IMG/VR virus record: IMGVR_UViG_3300012663_000526
Location: 32,001 to 96,000 of that record
DNA length: 64,000 nt
Direction: 5' to 3' (one strand)
Source of the DNA: a virus
Below, piece by piece: positions 59,801-64,000 of the stretch. A program made the position numbers and the translations under genes. How positions within the stretch are numbered: the first letter of the stretch is position 1; every line of letters begins with the position of its first letter. Below the pieces are notes generated by a model. It did no database searches, was not told where the DNA came from, and saw only the letters and a list, made by a program, of their open reading frames with translations.

Positions 59801-60127
59801 GTCGGAGACAATAGAATCCATAGATATGTTACAATAGATGATGTAGCAAATAGGGTTAATGATACATTCGTAACATTCCTACACTCAGAAAGTTTAAATA
59901 TACCAGATGCAATGAAGATGAGCGTAAGCCTTCTCCCATACAGAACAAAGCAGGGGAAGTCTATGGGCCATTTAATTATGTCTAATAGTTCTAAGGAACT
60001 TACTCGTGCAATTGTGTTTCCACAATCATACGAAAAATTAAAATCAAGAATCAAAGATGGAATGATATACATTCCAGAGATTGGCCAAACAGATGATGGC
60101 ACTTATTCGCTAAGGAGCGTAAAATGA
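56843..60127 (+). CDS. dnaE: DNA polymerase III alpha subunit
   Basis: PHP motifs HLHVHS, TDHG, DCH; GRGSAAGS; PDIDTD; MHAAG; KID.LGL; YQEQ; FNRSH. Confidence 0.97.
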   Translation: MKDFTHLHVHSYYSLMDGLNSPAELMQAAKDLGHTSIAITDHGTLSSHREMQIAAEEQGLKPILGLEAYISPTDRFDKSSKTDKSVQAYNHIILLAKDENGLKNLNRLSEIAWTEGYYHKPRIDREILAEYKEGIIALSGCMNGLISKAIIREEYDEAKALAKWFKDTFGNDFYMEVQPHNPQDLNKKLLELADAYGIKPIATADCHYAKAEDRATEEAMLILSTSPKINKDADFEASRKMTNIFERLNYLYPERKISFQDINVYVSSREEMQKDFVEQGFTRTDIYDNTLEVSDKIGSYEFRRGLDLLPVPKTNADNKLKELALNSLKEKGLNKESHGNDEYELRLDEELQIIKDKSFASYFLVVADMINFAKNKDIMVGPGRGSAAGSLVCYLLGITTVDPVKFDLLFFRFINPERNDFPDIDTDFEDRRRKEVKEYLRKKFKHVASISTFTYFKDKGVVRDAARVFGVPLSEVNKALKQVDTFEEFETSPNAFWFRERYPEVTELARSLRGKIRSVGMHAAGMVVAKDELVKFAPIETRSDKDDDVSGRIPVVAYDMDTVADIGLIKIDALGLKTLSVISDTLKMISDRHGKHIDLESLDLTDPKIFEDLSKGFTKGIFQAEATPYTNLLIKMGVSTFEDLAASNALVRPGAMNTVGHAYIARKKGQEDIVYQHEIMRQFTERTYGVIIYQEQVMQACVHLGGMSMSEADKVRKIIGKKKDAKEFDEFKERFVEGASKHIPVKTAEELWHDFEAHSGYSFNRSHAIAYSLLSYWTAWLKHYYPTEFMFAILRNEHDKDARTEYLIEAKRLGIKILLPHVNESDLDFKIQKDAIRFGLSNIKFISDNIGKKLMEAGPFKSYKDLEDKASVKGSGINSRALAALNSIGAAAFEDNPRTGKESENLYEYLSIPKFDLGRVSPHIKAQVTALEDFEERGTFVMLAMVKGIKKGNGWSRIEMVDETGTIGVFHTEQTQIEVGNMYFFLVGDNRIHRYVTIDDVANRVNDTFVTFLHSESLNIPDAMKMSVSLLPYRTKQGKSMGHLIMSNSSKELTRAIVFPQSYEKLKSRIKDGMIYIPEIGQTDDGTYSLRSVK

Positions 60128-60372
60128 ACGAAGATATGCAAGAAGTTAATCAAGATGGACCAGTAGCACCTTTTGAAGGTAAGCTAGATATTAGCCATGT
60201 TGTTTCAGTTATTATGGATCACATTGGTGGAGTTGTAAGAATTCCAGCAGATAAGTTTACTAGTTCTATGACTGTAGATAGAAAGTTAATCCTAGAGTAC
60301 GACAACGAAGCACGTGACTTTATTATTACAATTGAGCAGGGCTTAGTTAATCAGGTGGCTGAAGTTGAGTAA
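60124..60372 (+). CDS. Hypothetical protein
   Basis: AAGGAG SD; ATGA overlap. Confidence 0.6.
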   Translation: MNEDMQEVNQDGPVAPFEGKLDISHVVSVIMDHIGGVVRIPADKFTSSMTVDRKLILEYDNEARDFIITIEQGLVNQVAEVE

Positions 60373-60706
60373 TCTAGTAACAGACTACGGTCTAGACGCC
60401 TTTGCAGCAACCCTACACGAGACTGCAATTGAAAAGGGATTCTGGGATGGAGAAATTTCATACGACAAGCTTGGCAATAAACTGGCTTTAGTTCATTCAG
60501 AAGTAACCGAAGTTCTAGAAGCTTTACGAAAGTCAAAGGGTAGCGAAGAAGTGGTGGAAGAAATCTCTGATGTTATTATCAGACTTTTAGATGTCTATGC
60601 AGCAATGAGAAATGCTGGAATAGTAGATCACTCCCTTGACGAAATCTTACACAAAAAGATTGATAAAAATTTATCTAGACCAAAGCTTCATGGGAATCTT
60701 TTCTAG
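60365..60706 (+). CDS. MazG-like nucleotide pyrophosphohydrolase
   Basis: LVHSEVTEVLEA.RK...EE.SDVIIR.LD...K...N..RP..HG. Confidence 0.85.
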   Translation: MSNLVTDYGLDAFAATLHETAIEKGFWDGEISYDKLGNKLALVHSEVTEVLEALRKSKGSEEVVEEISDVIIRLLDVYAAMRNAGIVDHSLDEILHKKIDKNLSRPKLHGNLF

Positions 60707-60991
60707 ATGACACTCGGCGGTTACTTCCTATATGGTAGCGAGGGAGAACTACTGCTAGTTATTAAAAGCAACAATGAAGATCTTTTATTAACTATTATTA
60801 AAAAGCTACAAGCTTCAAGAGATAAAGATATTAAAAAACTAGGATCAGAATTAGAGGAAAATTTTCATGACAGAGATATCAGAAATTCTAGCAAAGCTAG
60901 ACCCCAAAACAAGACAAAGAGTTCAAGCCGCAGTAGAAGTGGAAACACTAAAACAAAAGACACCAAGCATAGGTCTAAACCTAGCACTTAA
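60707..60991 (+). CDS. Hypothetical protein overlapping the recA 5' end
   Basis: Starts right after the upstream stop; last ~41 codons overlap recA in another frame. Confidence 0.5.
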   Translation: MTLGGYFLYGSEGELLLVIKSNNEDLLLTIIKKLQASRDKDIKKLGSELEENFHDRDIRNSSKARPQNKTKSSSRSRSGNTKTKDTKHRSKPST

Positions 60992-61868
60992 GGGTGGCTT
61001 TGGGCATGGAAGACAAATTTTAGTATGGGGAAATAAGTCTGCTGGAAAATCTTCTTTCTGCTTACAAATGATTGCAGAGGCACAAAAAGAAGGAAAGACC
61101 TGTGCATGGATTGATGCGGAACATTCCTATTCTCAAGAGTGGGCTGAGAAGTTAGGAGTTAACTCAGATGAGCTAATTTATTCCCCAGCAAAAACAATAA
61201 ACGATATGGTTGACGTAGCACAACAATTGATGGAAGCTGGTGTTGATATTATTGTAGTGGATTCTATCTCAGCACTACTACCAGCAATCTATTTTGAAAA
61301 AGATAGTACCGATTTAAAGAAACTAGAAGACACCAAGCAAATTGGTGCGGAAGCAAAGGACATGACACATGCAGTCAAAATGCTTAACTACGCAAACAAG
61401 AACACACTACTTGTACTCATTTCGCAACAACGAAATCAATTTGGATCTATGCATGCTAGCCACATCCCAACGGGAGGAATGGCAGTTAAGTTTTTCTCAT
61501 CCACAGTTATCAAGCTTTGGTCTTCGGAGGCTGAAGCTAACTCTATCAAATCTGGCATTACGGTTGGTGACAAGATTATTGAGCAGAGAGTTGGAAGACC
61601 CGTTAACTGGATTGTTGATTACAACAAACTCGGCCCCCCTAATCTATCGGGGCAATACGACTTCTATTATCAAGGAGACCACGTAGGAATTGATGAAGTA
61701 GGAGAAGTACTTGATGTTGCTGAACAGCACGGAGCTGTTGAAAAAGGCGGAGCATGGTATACTATAGGTAAAGAAAGATTTCAGGGTAGAGCAAAAACTG
61801 TTCAATATCTTAGAGAAAATCCTGACGTAGTAGAAAGCCTGAAGGCAAAAATATATGGGCAAGATTGA
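60867..61868 (+). CDS. recA: RecA-like recombinase
   Basis: GNKSAGKS Walker A, IDAEH, VVDS, TGG.A.KF.S, KGGAWY, QGR. Confidence 0.93.
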   Translation: MTEISEILAKLDPKTRQRVQAAVEVETLKQKTPSIGLNLALKGGFGHGRQILVWGNKSAGKSSFCLQMIAEAQKEGKTCAWIDAEHSYSQEWAEKLGVNSDELIYSPAKTINDMVDVAQQLMEAGVDIIVVDSISALLPAIYFEKDSTDLKKLEDTKQIGAEAKDMTHAVKMLNYANKNTLLVLISQQRNQFGSMHASHIPTGGMAVKFFSSTVIKLWSSEAEANSIKSGITVGDKIIEQRVGRPVNWIVDYNKLGPPNLSGQYDFYYQGDHVGIDEVGEVLDVAEQHGAVEKGGAWYTIGKERFQGRAKTVQYLRENPDVVESLKAKIYGQD

Positions 61869-62049
61869 AGATCTAATAGGCAAACAGCCTAAGAAGACTG
61901 TCATATCAGAAGACAAAATAGAAATGGGTGGTGCATTTAGTTGCCAAACCTGTAACAAAGTTGTTTCCGAAGCAGAATATAATCGTGCAGAGTACTTTGT
62001 ATTTTGGACTTGTCCAGATGGGCATATGTCAAGGGTAAATTTAGCATAA
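61855..62049 (+). CDS. Zn-ribbon protein
   Basis: CQTC...CPDGH. Confidence 0.7.
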   Translation: MGKIEDLIGKQPKKTVISEDKIEMGGAFSCQTCNKVVSEAEYNRAEYFVFWTCPDGHMSRVNLA

Positions 62050-62360
62050 TGTCAGAGCGTGGAGAAGTAAAGCGTGATGGAGCTAAAGCTCAAAAGAATA
62101 GTGGCCGTGGTGATTATCAAAAGGGTGATGCACAGTGGAAACAGTTTCTTGTAGATTATAAAGAAGCCTCAGCCTCATTTACGCTTAATAAGCCAGTATG
62201 GTCAAAGATATGCACAGATACATTTAAAGTCAATAGAGATATGTATCCAGCACTAAAAATAATACTGGGAACAGATTCCAAAGTAAGACTTGGAATAATT
62301 GAATGGGCAATTTTAGAAGAGTTAATTACATTTTGGGAGGATAATCATGGGGTCAAATAA
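62049..62360 (+). CDS. PD-(D/E)xK Holliday junction resolvase-like protein
   Basis: E......A....NSG.....KGD......VDYK; start 62049 coupled to the upstream stop. Confidence 0.7.
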   Translation: MSERGEVKRDGAKAQKNSGRGDYQKGDAQWKQFLVDYKEASASFTLNKPVWSKICTDTFKVNRDMYPALKIILGTDSKVRLGIIEWAILEELITFWEDNHGVK

Positions 62361-62490
62361 TAAGCATCCAATGAATAAAACTGTCATAAAGAATGGCAGA
62401 ATAGTAAGAATTCGTAAGGACGGAGCTATTAAGGCTGATCTAGGTCCATACTTAACAGTACATAAGAAGAACTTGGAGAAAAAGAAGTGA
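62347..62490 (+). CDS. Small basic protein (47 aa, not in ORF track)
   Basis: GGAGG SD; MGSNNKHPMNKTVIKNGRIVRIRKDGAIKADLGPYLTVHKKNLEKKK. Confidence 0.65.
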   Translation: MGSNNKHPMNKTVIKNGRIVRIRKDGAIKADLGPYLTVHKKNLEKKK

Positions 62491-62600
62491 CAACATTTCT
62501 TTTCGGATTACTACTTGGATTTGCTATTGGCTATCCATTCGGATTATTTATAGATAGATTGGATAAGCATGTCAGACAAAAGCATACTAGAGCTAATTAG
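62487..62600 (+). CDS. Small single-pass membrane protein (37 aa, not in ORF track)
   Basis: GGAG SD, GTGA overlap; MTTFLFGLLLGFAIGYPFGLFIDRLDKHVRQKHTRAN. Confidence 0.55.
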   Translation: MTTFLFGLLLGFAIGYPFGLFIDRLDKHVRQKHTRAN

Positions 62601-62898
62601 TGATGTAACAGAATTTAACGACCTTCATGATTTAATGAAGGACGAGCAACTTGATAGGGCATTGGCAATCATTGTTAAATTAATAATGAATCCTGACATT
62701 CCTTCTGCTAAAGCACCAATGCTAATCATTGAGCTACAAGCTATAAGCGCAAAGCTTACGGTACTGGCTGCCTACTATACTACTATAGCCAGAGACAAGA
62801 GCGGAACTTTAAACTATAATAAAAAGAATATTTATTACTCTGCTAAAGAGGCAATAGATAGACTGGTTGACGCTCTAAAGTATGCTGCGAGAAACTAA
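62569..62898 (+). CDS. Hypothetical helical protein
   Basis: KKN.YY......I..LV.ALKY motif. Confidence 0.65.
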   Translation: MSDKSILELISDVTEFNDLHDLMKDEQLDRALAIIVKLIMNPDIPSAKAPMLIIELQAISAKLTVLAAYYTTIARDKSGTLNYNKKNIYYSAKEAIDRLVDALKYAARN

Positions 62899-63672
62899 AT
62901 GGGTAGAGATTTAGTAACAAATTTAAAATTTAAAAAGACTATGGGCCAATTTGATCCCATAGCCTTTGGTCAAATGATGAATGAAGCGTATACTGCAAAT
63001 AGAAATTTAGATAGATACGCAAAGAAGCATACCTTCTCTCCAAGCACAGTTGGCTATGGATATGGAATGTGTCCAAGATACTGGTTTATAGCTTTTAATG
63101 GTTGCGAGTTTGAGGATAATTTTGATGCAATTGCTATTGCTAATATGGAAAATGGTAAGCAGGCACATGAAAGAATTCAAACACTACTAGAATCCGCTGG
63201 GCTAGCTAAAGAATTAGAAAGAGAAATTCTATGTGATGATCCTCCAATCAGAGGATTTGCAGATATGATTGTTGACTGGTATGGTACAGAAATTATTGGC
63301 GAACTAAAAACTGTTCGTGATGAAGTCTTTGCCGCAAGACAAACTAGCATGGCTCCTACTACATCACACTTAATTCAGCTTCTTCTTTATATGTGGGTTG
63401 AAAAGCTTGATGAAGGATTCCTAATGTATGAAAATAAGAATAGCAATGAAATTCTTATTATGCCAATTAATATGAATGATAGGCATAGAGCGCTTATTGA
63501 AAAAACTATTGACTGGATGAGAGTCGTGTACAAAAACTATCAGGCAGGACATCTTCCAGAAAGACCGTTTACAAAGAGCACCCCTACTTGCAAGTACTGT
63601 CCAGTAAGAAAAGAATGCTGGTCTGGAGAGCATGGAGATTTAATTATAGAGAAGCTGGATCTTCCAAAATGA
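62899..63672 (+). CDS. Cas4-like PD-(D/E)xK exonuclease (stand-alone)
   Basis: PS....C.R, G...HE.IQ, G.AD, ELKT, Q...Y, C..C.....C; four-Cys Fe-S pattern. Confidence 0.88.
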   Translation: MGRDLVTNLKFKKTMGQFDPIAFGQMMNEAYTANRNLDRYAKKHTFSPSTVGYGYGMCPRYWFIAFNGCEFEDNFDAIAIANMENGKQAHERIQTLLESAGLAKELEREILCDDPPIRGFADMIVDWYGTEIIGELKTVRDEVFAARQTSMAPTTSHLIQLLLYMWVEKLDEGFLMYENKNSNEILIMPINMNDRHRALIEKTIDWMRVVYKNYQAGHLPERPFTKSTPTCKYCPVRKECWSGEHGDLIIEKLDLPK

Positions 63673-63962
63673 TATGTGCTAGATTTGAGTGCTCAGCAAC
63701 ATTTGAGCCAAAGACTCACAATCAAAAGTATTGCTCTGATGAGTGTTGCCGTATTGCAACTAATAAAAGAATCATGGAAAAATACTATGAGAAGAAGGCC
63801 ATTAGAAGCGGTGCAGTTAGAATATGCAAGAATAAAGGTTGCGAAAAACAGCTCAGCAGATATAACTATGAATCAGTATGCTCATCTTGTGAGTCCTCAG
63901 CAATAAAGAATGCTAAGAAAAAGTTATTGGATATGATAAATGACGCTGGCAAAGCTAAATAA
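63669..63962 (+). CDS. Cys-rich zinc-finger protein
   Basis: C....C...F......QKYCS.EC...C....C...LSRYN....C..C. Confidence 0.7.
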   Translation: MICARFECSATFEPKTHNQKYCSDECCRIATNKRIMEKYYEKKAIRSGAVRICKNKGCEKQLSRYNYESVCSSCESSAIKNAKKKLLDMINDAGKAK

Positions 63963-64000
63963 AGTAAGCGCATCTACCGTAATTGGTATAGACGCATCTA
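63940..64000 (+). CDS. 5' end of a RuvC-like resolvase (truncated by the window)
   Basis: MTLAKLNKVSASTVIGIDAS; IGID matches the first RuvC catalytic strand. Confidence 0.5.
   Translation, partial: MTLAKLNKVSASTVIGIDAS

Noticed and set aside
58021-60102. Long minus-strand ORFs (236 and 224 aa) and other antisense ORFs in the track
   Set aside because: Shadows of strongly supported plus-strand genes; no motifs or start signals.
56843-61868. Inteins or introns in dnaE, dnaB or recA
   Set aside because: Lengths are normal, motifs contiguous, and no intein splice-junction signatures were seen.
62899-63672. Cas4 as evidence of a CRISPR-Cas system
   Set aside because: No cas1/cas2 or array; stand-alone Cas4-like nucleases are common in phage recombination modules.
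1-64000. Stop-codon reassignment, tRNA genes, integrase, terminase
   Set aside because: Standard code gives near-complete coding density with TAA, TAG and TGA all used as stops. No cloverleaf seen in the short intergenic gaps. No integrase or terminase motifs recognised in this window.

Overview
The window is a densely coded, almost entirely plus-strand segment of a large AT-rich tailed phage (long tape measure, no sheath gene seen, so siphovirus-like). Gene order and leaderless sigmaA-type promoters suggest an actinobacterial host, possibly a low-GC freshwater one (inference). Layout: (1) ~1-23.6 kb accessory virion-fibre region upstream of the head genes; (2) 23.7-50.4 kb portal, protease/scaffold, HK97-type major capsid, connectors, major tail protein, frameshifted tail chaperone, tape measure and tail tip; (3) 50.5-64 kb HNH, metallophosphoesterase, holin-like protein, DnaB, DnaG, SSB, DnaE, MazG-like, RecA, resolvase, Cas4-like nuclease and the start of a RuvC-like gene. 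The most striking item is the protein at 1058-2458. Its 32 cysteines form a mirror-symmetric array (16 out in GGNC 7-mers, 16 back in NPYNPC 9-mers, with matching irregularities), which predicts a long disulfide-laddered hairpin ending in an aromatic knob. It is followed by a six-gene cassette (two paralogous small proteins, three dUTPase-fold/DUF6065-like proteins with a conserved Cys, one CxxC protein) and then a fibre ending in a type-1 copper cupredoxin-like domain. Together these may form an undescribed phage system for building and oxidising a Cys-rich appendage. All family calls come from motif recognition by eye; no database searches were run.
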